From an uncultured Acidobacteriota bacterium (GTDB taxonomy: Bacteria; Acidobacteriota; Terriglobia; Terriglobales; Acidobacteriaceae): 32,000 nucleotides of DNA. Under the pieces are notes generated by a model. That model saw only the letters and a list, made by a program, of their open reading frames with translations, did not search any database and was not told the origin of the DNA. How positions within the stretch are numbered: the first letter of the stretch is position 1; each line of letters starts with the position of its first letter. The stretch spans positions 78,645 through 110,644 of the forward strand of contig CAVOLD010000012.1 in assembly GCA_963696705.1 (NCBI GenBank). The letters are read 5' to 3'. A program made the position numbers and the translations under genes. Below, one piece after another: positions 7,860 to 15,195 of this stretch.

Positions 7860-8432
7860 ATGAGCGCAACATTCACGACATTATCGATGGAACGAACAGC
7901 TGGAGCGCCTCCGCGTTTCAAAGCCAAAACGGCCGGCGTCCTCTATTTGCTGAGTGTACTGGTGGCATCGTTCGCCGAGATCTTCGTTCAGGGCAGGATG
8001 AATGTCGCAGGGGGCCTCATCGCGGTCTCGCTAATGATCGCCGCGACGCTGTTCTTCTACGACCTTTTGAGCCCGATGAGCAGGCGCCTCACTTTGCTCG
8101 CTGCAGCTTTCAACCTCGTCGGACTCGCTTTTGAGCTTCTTCGATTGCAGCCTCAGGGCGTGAACGTAGCCGTTGTCTTTGACGCGTTTTATTGCATTCT
8201 GGTCGGATACCTCGTTTTCCGCTCGACCTCCGTGCCCCGATCTCTGGGAGCGTTAATGGCGTTGGGCGGTGTGGGTTGGCTGACCCTCTTGTCTCCCGTG
8301 CTCGCAAGCTATCTGTCTCCCTACAACCTGGCCGTTGGCATCCTGGGGGAAGGATCAGTGTGTCTGTGGATCCTGGTGATGGATGTAAACGTCCGAAGTT
8401 TATTGAACACAGATGATGAGGTACAAAAATGA
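7860..8432 (+). CDS. Membrane protein, DUF4386-like
   Basis: Strong RBS (AAGGAGG) upstream. 'KTAGVLYLLSVLVASFAEIFV' plus 4-5 further TM helices resemble DUF4386 proteins. The family call is from memory only. Confidence 0.65.
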   Translation: MSATFTTLSMERTAGAPPRFKAKTAGVLYLLSVLVASFAEIFVQGRMNVAGGLIAVSLMIAATLFFYDLLSPMSRRLTLLAAAFNLVGLAFELLRLQPQGVNVAVVFDAFYCILVGYLVFRSTSVPRSLGALMALGGVGWLTLLSPVLASYLSPYNLAVGILGEGSVCLWILVMDVNVRSLLNTDDEVQK

Positions 8433-8776
8433 AAAGTTACAACGTTCTTCGCATACTGAAGTTTCCGTTGCTCGCACTGCTCTTTGTCGCAGTGCTCGTC
8501 GGGTTCGGCTTCGTCGTCATGGGCTTGTGGAACTGGCTAATGCCGGCGCTCTTCGGATTGAAATTGATCAGCTATTGGCAAGCCATGGGGCTGCTCATCC
8601 TGAGCAAGATTCTATTCGGCGGATTGCGTGGACCGCGAGGGCGAAGTGGGCCCCGGCTTCATGGTTGGAGAGAACGCTGGAAACAGCGGACGCCCGAGGA
8701 GCGGGAAAAATTCCGTCAAGACCTTCGTGCCTGCTGGAGCCGGATGACATCGCCGGAACCGAGGCCGAGCGCCTGA
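8429..8776 (+). CDS. Small membrane protein (2-3 TM helices, basic C-terminal tail)
   Basis: ATGA overlap with the upstream stop. 'FPLLALLFVAVLVGFGFVVMGLWNWLMPALFGL..ISYWQAMGLLILSKILFGG' is clearly membrane-like. Preferred over the overlapping 8413-8829 ORF in another frame. Confidence 0.6.
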   Translation: MKSYNVLRILKFPLLALLFVAVLVGFGFVVMGLWNWLMPALFGLKLISYWQAMGLLILSKILFGGLRGPRGRSGPRLHGWRERWKQRTPEEREKFRQDLRACWSRMTSPEPRPSA

Positions 8777-8840
8777 GAGCAGCAAGGCTGGCTCCGTTCG
8801 CGCAAGCCACTGGGGAAACACCGAAGTAAGGAGTGTAGAT

Positions 8841-9605
8841 ATGCGATCGCCAATATTACTTCTTCACATTATCGCGGGCACTTTGGGAATGCTGTCTGGA
8901 TTTATCGCAGTGTTTCTCCGCAAAGGTTCGCGCCAACATGGCCTCGCGGGAAAGGTATTCGTCATAGCAATGCTCAGCCTGTCTGCAAGCGGCGTATACC
9001 TGGCGATCTTGAAATCTCAACCGGGCAATATTCTGGGAGGCACACTGACGTTCTACCTGGTTGCGACCGCATGGATGACTGGCCGCCGCAGGGATAACGC
9101 GGAACCCGGCGTCTTCGATTGGGGTGCGCTTCTCATTGTTTCAGCAGTCGTAGTCAGCCAAATGACTTTTGGTTTAGAAGCAGCGTTTAGCCAGACGGGG
9201 CTAAAGTACGGATATCCCTCTTGGCCTTACTTTTTCATGGGCTCCGTGGCTGTGCTCGCCTTCACCGGGGACGTTCGCATGCTGGTGCGCAACGGCGTTT
9301 CCGGCGCGCAACGGATCGCACGGCACCTTTGGCGCATGTGCTTTGCGCTGTTCATCGCAGCATCGTCCATATTTCTGGCGCGGCAACAACTATTCCCCGC
9401 GATATTCCGTAAGACCGGCGCGCTTGCTTTCCTGAGTTTCCTGCCACTGCTGTTAATGATTTTCTGGCTGCTCCGGGTTCGCTTCACAAATGCGTTCAAG
9501 AGGAAAGCGATCGCTCACGCAGCCCCTTTGATTCAATCCCCTGTGGAGAGCCGAGTCCGGCGCATATCTATTGGCCGACCGGCTGGGACTGCAGCAAGAG
9601 TTTGA
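8841..9605 (+). CDS. Polytopic membrane protein (about 6 TM helices), unknown function
   Basis: AAGGAG RBS upstream of the ATG. 'ILLLHIIAGTLGMLSGFIAVFLRKGSRQHGLAGKVFVIAML' and further helices. No catalytic motif recognised. Confidence 0.65.
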   Translation: MRSPILLLHIIAGTLGMLSGFIAVFLRKGSRQHGLAGKVFVIAMLSLSASGVYLAILKSQPGNILGGTLTFYLVATAWMTGRRRDNAEPGVFDWGALLIVSAVVVSQMTFGLEAAFSQTGLKYGYPSWPYFFMGSVAVLAFTGDVRMLVRNGVSGAQRIARHLWRMCFALFIAASSIFLARQQLFPAIFRKTGALAFLSFLPLLLMIFWLLRVRFTNAFKRKAIAHAAPLIQSPVESRVRRISIGRPAGTAARV

Positions 9606-9623
9606 TTCGATTTAGGAGGATGT

Positions 9624-10298
9624 ATGGGAACGCTTGTTGGTCTTGATTGTTCAACCGTTGAATGCACTTCGCCCACCGCACCGATCTGGCAGGACATCCT
9701 TGCACAGGCGGTGACCGGCGAACTGATGGCCGCGATGAACTACACGTCCTTATCGGAGATCTGCGACGATCATGAAGAAGTGGCCGATGCCTTGGAGCAT
9801 GCGCAGATCGAACGAGGGCACGCCGCTCGCTTCGCCGCCGAGGGCCGTAAGATCGGCGTAGATGTCACTAATAATGTCAACGCGATGTACTGGAAGAAGC
9901 TTCGCGAAGCATTCCTGCGTTGTATCACCGAGCGCGATTTTATTGCCTGCCTCATCGTCCAGGAAATCATGCTCGAGTCGTTCGCCGTCGCCAGCTATGC
10001 GCGCGTCGGCAAGGTAGCGCCGGGTAGTCTGGGCACAACCTTCGCATCCATTGCTGCCGAAGAAGAAGAGCACGTCGATCACGCCATGGCGATTCTCCGA
10101 GCCGACCGAGCCTTGGACGCGCAGCGCTTCGACGAGAAACTGTACCGGCTGCATCTCAAGGTGATGACCACGCTTGCGAAGATGCTGGCGAAAGAGTGCA
10201 AGGACGGTCACTGCGAAGTGTGTCATGCGAGTTGCGTGAAGCCAGCGCTGTTCGATGTCAGCTTGAGTGCGGCCGAGCTTCGCTGCAACAGTATCTGA
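9624..10298 (+). CDS. ado: Ferritin-like di-iron protein, aldehyde-deformylating oxygenase (ADO)-like. The annotated stop may result from a frameshift, with the possible true end at 10366.
   Basis: AGGAGGA RBS. Segments line up with cyanobacterial ADO as I recall it. 'TGELMAAMNY' matches 'EGEQEAFDNY'. 'AQIERGHAARF' matches 'AKMEQRHMKGF' (ExxH). 'CLIVQEIMLESFAVASYARV' matches '[20 protein letters not shown]'. 'AAEEEEHVDH' matches 'VRDEYLHRNF' (ExxH). All six carboxylate/His metal ligands appear to be present. Confidence 0.65.
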   Translation: MGTLVGLDCSTVECTSPTAPIWQDILAQAVTGELMAAMNYTSLSEICDDHEEVADALEHAQIERGHAARFAAEGRKIGVDVTNNVNAMYWKKLREAFLRCITERDFIACLIVQEIMLESFAVASYARVGKVAPGSLGTTFASIAAEEEEHVDHAMAILRADRALDAQRFDEKLYRLHLKVMTTLAKMLAKECKDGHCEVCHASCVKPALFDVSLSAAELRCNSI

Positions 10299-10384
10299 AG
10301 ACCCTCGACATGCTTGGAATACCCGGCGAGGTCACACTCGCGTGGGTGGCTCAGTTGCCAGTTTAGCTATGTGGGAGCGGACTT

Positions 10385-11539
10385 ATGGACGTCGATTTCG
10401 CTTTGATCGGGCATCAGGAAAGTTGGCGAGCCGCCGCGGATGTACTCGCTGTCCTGCGCGGACACGAGCGTTCGCCTCTCCCGGACGATGAGATCAGAGA
10501 CATCCTCCCTTGGATTCCGCCCAGAGTGGTCTGCCATGTCGAGGTCGAATCTACTCTCGGCACTGCCGCGCGCGGCCTCTACATCGACTGCTTTATTCCG
10601 CCCGACCGGCTCGGATCCGCCTGCGTGCACGAGAACGTCGCCCGCGTTCGCGCGGCGGCGGCCTGCGCGATCAAGGCGGGAGCGAAGATCGTGAGCCTTG
10701 GCGGATTCAGTTCCATTCTTATCGAAGGCAATTTCGATCAGCTTCCGGCAAGGCACCACACGGTCTTCACCACGGGCAATACGTTGACCGTCGGTTTTAT
10801 CGTTCAGGGCATCAAGAAGATGTGTGCGCTGGAGGGTCGGTGCCTCCGCCGATCAACCCTGCTCATCGTTGGAGCCACCGGAGATGTGGGTTCCGGCTGC
10901 GCGCGCTGTTTGGCGCCTCTGGTAAAGCGCGTCCTGCTCAATGCGCGCAACGAAGCCCGCCTGCGCCGCCTCGCCGCCGAGTTGCAGGCCGATGGAACTG
11001 ATGTAGAGATCGGAACTGATCTAGAGCAATTCTCAGCAAAGCCCGACCTTGTCATCTGCGCAGCCAGCCTCGGATCGCCTTCGCTTCTGTTGGGACGGAT
11101 TGCGCCCCACGCCATTGTTTGCGATGCCGGCTACCCAAAGAACCTCTCTCCAAACGCCGAGATGCCTAACGCCAAAATCTTCTTCGGAGGCCTGGGACAG
11201 ATCACCGGCGGCTTGAACTTTACTCCGGATCTTCGCGGAATCTTGAATCGCCATCCATTCCCCGATGTGGTCCACGGATGTTTACTCGAAGGCATGGCTC
11301 TTGCTCTGGAAGGCCGCTTCGAGCCTTTTTCCCAAGGAAGAGGATTTATCACTCCGGCGCGGGTCGAGGAGATGGAGACAATTGCGGCACGGCATGGCAT
11401 CGATCTCGCTCCGCTTTACAACGCCGACGGACCCGTGGAAAACGGCCTTCATCGCGAAACGGAAAAAGCCGGGCTATCGTCTTCAGCCAACTTAGCGACC
11501 CTACAAAATCCGCACTCTGTCGTTCGTCTACAAGCGTAA
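10385..11539 (+). CDS. aar: Long-chain acyl-ACP reductase (AAR)-like NAD(P)H-dependent reductase
   Basis: Colinear matches to cyanobacterial AAR as I recall it. 'FALIGH' matches 'FGLIGH'. 'SLGGFSSILIEGNF' matches 'ALGGFTSIIFENF'. 'FTTGNTLTV' matches 'FTTGNTHTA'. 'IVGATGDVGSGCARCL' matches 'VVGATGDIGSAVCRWL'. 'DAGYPKNL' matches 'DGGYPKNL'. 'GCLLEGMALALEG' matches 'ACFAEAMLLEFEG' (catalytic Cys position). 'ITPARVEEMETIAARHGI' matches 'ITIEKMEAIGEASVRHGF'. Confidence 0.78.
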   Translation: MDVDFALIGHQESWRAAADVLAVLRGHERSPLPDDEIRDILPWIPPRVVCHVEVESTLGTAARGLYIDCFIPPDRLGSACVHENVARVRAAAACAIKAGAKIVSLGGFSSILIEGNFDQLPARHHTVFTTGNTLTVGFIVQGIKKMCALEGRCLRRSTLLIVGATGDVGSGCARCLAPLVKRVLLNARNEARLRRLAAELQADGTDVEIGTDLEQFSAKPDLVICAASLGSPSLLLGRIAPHAIVCDAGYPKNLSPNAEMPNAKIFFGGLGQITGGLNFTPDLRGILNRHPFPDVVHGCLLEGMALALEGRFEPFSQGRGFITPARVEEMETIAARHGIDLAPLYNADGPVENGLHRETEKAGLSSSANLATLQNPHSVVRLQA

Positions 11540-11689
11540 AAAGAAGAACGTGGCGGACTGGAACGAGGCCTACTCCGTGCGCCGGCTGGCCCACCCGTTT
11601 CCGCCATAACCAAAGTGGAATAAGCCAAATTCCCAATTTGGAACTGGACCGGACCGCCGACCGTTTTTCGCTTGCTCTCATGCTCTCAC

Positions 11690-11731
11690 TTGCGATAATA
11701 TATAGACGCAACGATTATCTATAAGATAATC
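11690..11731 (+). promoter_or_regulatory. AT-rich island with a promoter-like TTGCGA-17nt-GATTAT and a perfect 19-bp palindrome GATTATCT-ATA-AGATAATC (11713-11731)
   Basis: Read directly from the sequence. The GATAAT/ATTATC hexamers resemble Fur-box half sites. No annotated gene lies downstream on either strand (convergent gene ends). Confidence 0.3.
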
Positions 11732-12002
11732 TACGATCCTTGACAACCGAATCGTCGGCGCAGCTTCCGGAGGCTGAAGTCCCGAGCATCGCGAAGGCAA
11801 AGGCCTTCGACGCCTGTCTAGTTCGGCTCGCAGTCCCAAAACGGGACCGCGAGCAGGCCGGCCTGACTGTAACTCCCATGTTTCCAAGATTTTGCCCGTA
11901 ACTACCTTAAGAACCATAGATCTGGAGGGTGCCAAGAATTTCCAACCCTTTGTTTTCTAGATTTTGCGGGGAATGAGAGATCTTTTTTAACCAAACCAGC
12001 TC

Positions 12003-13364
12003 TCAATTTTTTCCCGAATCGGGAGGATCAGCCGTCTGCGACCGGCGCCGCTTGATCTCTTCCATGCGTTCGCGAATTCGCTTTTCGACGCCTTCGCTGG
12101 TGGGATGGTAGTAGGTGCGATCGCGCAGATTGTCCGGGAGACATTGCATGTCCGCGATCTTGCCTTCGACATCGTGGGCATACTGATAGCCTTGGCCGTA
12201 TCCGAGGCCCTTCATCAATCCAGTGGGCGCGTTGCGCAGGTGCAGCGGGACAGATTCGGCCGCGGTCGCCTCGACATCTTGCTGCACCTCGCCGTAAGCG
12301 GTGTAGAGCGCGTTCGATTTGGGCGCGAGCGCGAGATATACGACGGCCTGGGCCAGAGCGAGATTGCCTTCGGGCATGCCGATGAAATCGACGGCGTCGC
12401 GTGCCGCCATGCAGAGCGCGAGAGCGTTTGGGTCGGCGAGGCCAATGTCTTCGACGGACATGCGTACCACGCGGCGAGCGATGTAGAGCGGATCCTCGCC
12501 CGCTTCAAGCATGCGGCCGAGCCAGTAGAGCGAAGCATCGGGATCGCTGTTGCGTACCGATTTATGGAGCGCGGAGATGAGATTGTAGTGCTCTTCGCCG
12601 GCTTTATCGTAGCGCAGCACGCGTTTCTGCAATGCGTCGGTGACGATGGCATCGGTAATCTCGGCGCCAATTTCGCTGGTGGCGCGAGCTAAAGTAGCGG
12701 CGACTTCGATTACGTTGTAAGCGCTACGCGCATCGCCGCTGGAATAGGCCGCGATCTTGGCGAGCACAGCATCGGACGCTTGGAGCTTCATTGTTCCGAG
12801 GCCGCGTTCTTCATCGGTCAGCGCACGCTTTAGCAGCAGCACCACTTGCTCCTCGGTGAGCGGTTTGAGCACATAGACGCGGCTGCGCGACAGCAGTGCC
12901 GAGATGATCTCGAACGAAGGATTCTCAGTGGTCGCGCCAATCAGGCGAATGTTGCCCTTCTCAACGTGTGGTAAGAAGGCATCCTGCTGCGCTTTGTTGA
13001 AGCGATGGATCTCGTCGATGAAAACGATGGTGCGCGTGCCATACTGGCGCGCCCGCTCGGCATCGGCCATGACTTGTTTGATTTCCTTGATGCCGGTCAG
13101 CACCGCGGAGAACTCGATGAACTCGGCTTTGGTCATGCGCGCGATGATTTGCGCCAGCGTAGTCTTGCCGGTTCCCGGCGGACCCCAGAAGATCAGCGAG
13201 CCAATGTCATCGCGCTCGATCTGGATGCGCAGCGGCTTGCCGGGCGCAACCAGATGCTCCTGGCCCACAAACTCATCCAGCGTCCGCGGACGCATGCGGT
13301 CAGCAAGTGGACGAGTGCGGTCTCCGGAGGTGTCGCCGCTCGGGATAGCATGGAAAAGACTCAC
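12003..13364 (-). CDS. rarA: Replication-associated recombination protein A (AAA+ ATPase RarA/MgsA)
   Basis: 'PLADRMRPRTLDEFVGQEHL', Walker A 'GPPGTGKTTLA', 'IVFIDEIHRFNKAQQDAFLPHVE.G.I.LIGATTENP', C-terminal MgsA_C 'HYN.ISALHKS.R.SDPDA.LYW..RM...GEDP.YI.RR'. GTG start. Confidence 0.95.
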   Translation of the reverse strand: MSLFHAIPSGDTSGDRTRPLADRMRPRTLDEFVGQEHLVAPGKPLRIQIERDDIGSLIFWGPPGTGKTTLAQIIARMTKAEFIEFSAVLTGIKEIKQVMADAERARQYGTRTIVFIDEIHRFNKAQQDAFLPHVEKGNIRLIGATTENPSFEIISALLSRSRVYVLKPLTEEQVVLLLKRALTDEERGLGTMKLQASDAVLAKIAAYSSGDARSAYNVIEVAATLARATSEIGAEITDAIVTDALQKRVLRYDKAGEEHYNLISALHKSVRNSDPDASLYWLGRMLEAGEDPLYIARRVVRMSVEDIGLADPNALALCMAARDAVDFIGMPEGNLALAQAVVYLALAPKSNALYTAYGEVQQDVEATAAESVPLHLRNAPTGLMKGLGYGQGYQYAHDVEGKIADMQCLPDNLRDRTYYHPTSEGVEKRIRERMEEIKRRRSQTADPPDSGKN

Positions 13365-13375
13365 CAGCCTATTTC

Positions 13376-13487
13376 ACCACAGAGTCACAGAGACACAGAG
13401 AAAATTGGGGATTGTTTGGTGGCTGGCCCCCAGATTGCCTGGGTCTTTGAGGGTTTTGCGTTCTCTGTGACTCTGTGTCTCTGTGGT
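13376..13487. repeat. Hairpin repeat module A: 27-nt inverted arms built from 8-nt CACAGAGN units, about 58-nt spacer
   Basis: 13376-13402 'accacagagtcacagagacacagagaa' pairs with 13461-13487 'ttctctgtgactctgtgtctctgtggt' (25 of 27 positions by my hand pairing). It lies between the GxxExxY stop and the rarA start. Confidence 0.85.
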
Positions 13488-13494
13488 AAAAGGC

Positions 13495-13917
13495 CTAGAG
13501 GACTCGGCGGATGATGCCTTGCGTTAATAGGGGAACATTGAAATTGATTAGTAAGCCTACGCGTTTGTGAGCCAGCTTCAGGTAGGTGAGAAGCTGGGCT
13601 TGGTGAATTGGCAGCAGTTTTTCCACGGCTTTTAATTCCAAGATGACTTCGTCACCTACGATTAGGTCGATCTTGTAGCCACAGTTTAGCTTCAGGCCTT
13701 TGTATTCGACCGGCAGGTCCACTTGTCGTTGAAAGCTCAACCCGCGAAGGTAAAGCTCGTGACACAGGCACTCCTCGTAAGCCGATTCCAAAAGACCAGG
13801 GCCGAGGTGACGATGGACCTCAATTGCGGCGCCAAGAATAGGACTCGTGCGTGGATCTCTGTGGTTTTCTTTGGTTTCTTGGTCTTCTATGTGAATTGAG
13901 CGGATGCCTTGGTTCAC
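13495..13917 (-). CDS. GxxExxY protein (PD-(D/E)XK nuclease-like small protein family)
   Basis: '[43 protein letters not shown]......[18 protein letters not shown]' contains the eponymous G-L-L-E-S-A-Y motif and a D...E.K core. GTG start; the N-terminus ('ENHRDPR') looks repeat-derived. Confidence 0.85.
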   Translation of the reverse strand: MNQGIRSIHIEDQETKENHRDPRTSPILGAAIEVHRHLGPGLLESAYEECLCHELYLRGLSFQRQVDLPVEYKGLKLNCGYKIDLIVGDEVILELKAVEKLLPIHQAQLLTYLKLAHKRVGLLINFNVPLLTQGIIRRVL

Positions 13918-14007
13918 CTGACCATCTCACCACAGATTACATGAAAGACCGCGAGGAAAAATGAGGTAGGAAGGTGTGTGTTCCAGAACGGTACGGAGCA
14001 GACGTTT

Positions 14008-14068
14008 CACCACAGAGACACAGAGGAAATTAGGGTTGTGTTTTCTGTGACTCTGTGTCTCTGTGGTG
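14008..14068. repeat. Hairpin repeat module B: perfect 18-nt inverted arms of the same CACAGAGN repeat, 25-nt loop
   Basis: 14008-14025 'caccacagagacacagag' is the exact reverse complement of 14051-14068 'ctctgtgtctctgtggtg'. The sequence following the left arm ('gaaattagggttgtg') resembles module A ('gaaaattggggattgt'). Confidence 0.85.
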
Positions 14069-14899
14069 AGAAGCTTGGCGGGCTGCTTCATATAACACGA
14101 TGCTCGCGGCTACGCCGGCGTTCAGCGATTCGACGGCTGGCGAGTGGGGGATGGATACAGTATCGGTCATTTGCGTTAACAGTTCGCGCGGCAGGCCTGC
14201 GCCTTCGCTTCCGATGAAGATGGCCAGCGGCCCGCTCAGCATGGCTTGATCGAGCGGCGTGCCTTTGTGTGAGGAAGTCGCGATCAGGCGCAAGCCGATG
14301 TGTCGCATTTGGTCGAGAACTTCTGGCAGCTTTATTTGGACGATGGGAAGGCGGAAGACTGATCCCGCGGACGCGCGGATTACTTTGGAGTTGAATGGGT
14401 TGACCGTGCCTTCGCCTAGCAGTATGCCTCCGGCTCCGAAGGCTTCTGCGGAGCGGAGGATCGTGCCCAGATTTCCCGGGTCTTGCACTCCGGCAATCGC
14501 CAGCAACGGTCCGGCGTGCGACTTCGCCAGCACATCCTCCAGCTTGAAAACTTTGCAGCGGACTAACGCCGCCACCCCCTGCGGAGTCTCGCTCGGGACA
14601 GCGCTGGCGAACAGCTTGTCTGGGAGCATTAGAGTCTCCACGTGGGCGGCAAGTTGGGGCAGCAGTCGCTCGGCGCGGTTTTCGGCGGAGGCGCGGAAGA
14701 ATACGGCCTTGAATTTCAGTCCGCTGCGGATGGCTTCCTCCAGAATGCGCATGCCTTCGATAGCGCAATAGCCATCGGGTGTGAGTTCACCATGGGCAAA
14801 GGCTGCGCGCAGCTCTTTGACAAGGGCGTTGTGGCGGCCCTCGATGCGTCGCAGGCGGGAATGATTAGCCGGGTCGTTGGTGGTCGTAGGTTTCTTCAC
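14030..14899 (-). CDS. TrmH/SpoU-family RNA 2'-O-methyltransferase (RlmB-like)
   Basis: 'LLAIAGVQDPGNLGTILRSAEAFGAGGILL', 'NSKVIRASAGSVFRLPI', 'IFIGSEGAGLPRELL', 'IPHSPAVESLNAGVAASIVLYEA' are SpoU methylase motifs 1-3. GTG start. The last ~13 codons ('SHHRDTESQKTQP') lie inside repeat module B. Confidence 0.9.
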   Translation of the reverse strand: MKKPTTTNDPANHSRLRRIEGRHNALVKELRAAFAHGELTPDGYCAIEGMRILEEAIRSGLKFKAVFFRASAENRAERLLPQLAAHVETLMLPDKLFASAVPSETPQGVAALVRCKVFKLEDVLAKSHAGPLLAIAGVQDPGNLGTILRSAEAFGAGGILLGEGTVNPFNSKVIRASAGSVFRLPIVQIKLPEVLDQMRHIGLRLIATSSHKGTPLDQAMLSGPLAIFIGSEGAGLPRELLTQMTDTVSIPHSPAVESLNAGVAASIVLYEAARQASHHRDTESQKTQP

Positions 14900-15006
14900 G
14901 GTGGTTATGCGGAATCATACGCGGTTAATCGATGGGCCTGCAGGCCGGTTTGGAGTTTCGAGGAATTGGTGGGATTATTGGGAGCACAAGCCGTCGAGGC
15001 TGCCAC

Positions 15007-15195
15007 ATGAGTGTTATGCTCGTTATCGTCGTTGTGGTCTTATCGCTTGGCTTAATCGGCATCATGGTAGCTACCTGCTGGGACAGGGGCGTCGACGAGA
15101 AACAAGTGAAGGCCGAACAGAACGCGATTGAGCAAATCGACAAGGCTCTCGAGTCTACCGATAGTCCCAGCGAGCCGGCTCGTTGGGTTCCTTAA
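15007..15195 (+). CDS. Small single-pass membrane protein (62 aa), hypothetical
   Basis: GAGG lies 7 nt upstream of the ATG at 15007. 'MSVMLVIVVVVLSLGLIGIMVATCW' is a TM helix followed by a charged tail. No homology recognised. Confidence 0.4.
   Translation: MSVMLVIVVVVLSLGLIGIMVATCWDRGVDEKQVKAEQNAIEQIDKALESTDSPSEPARWVP

Noticed and set aside
8413-8829. 138-aa + strand ORF overlapping 8429-8776 in another frame
   Set aside because: Its product is Arg/Ala-rich and non-membrane, with no RBS. The 8429 frame has an ATGA coupling to the upstream gene and clear TM helices.
9750-10759. - strand ORFs (158 aa, 130 aa) antisense to the ado-like and aar-like genes
   Set aside because: They have no motifs, and the sense frames have strong family-specific matches.
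11769-11790. 'ggaggctgaagtcccgagc' loosely resembling the RNase P RNA 'GAGGAAAGTCCGGGC' core; also a weak SRP-RNA-like 'CCGGAAGC' on the opposite strand
   Set aside because: The matches are imperfect. The other universally conserved RNase P and SRP elements are absent, and the available space does not fit a full RNase P RNA.
12105-12692. 195-aa + strand ORF (and the 151-aa - strand alternative frame at 12215-12670)
   Set aside because: It lies inside rarA, whose frame is supported by AAA+ and MgsA_C motifs throughout.
13376-14068. CACAGAGN repeats considered as a CRISPR array
   Set aside because: The copies are arranged as inverted hairpin arms with internal 8-nt periodicity. They are not regularly spaced direct repeats with unique spacers, and no cas genes are present.
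14088-14768. 226-aa - strand ORF in an alternative frame of the TrmH-family gene (also + strand 14259-14771)
   Set aside because: The translation is Arg/Pro-rich with no motifs. The 14030-14899 frame carries the SpoU motifs.
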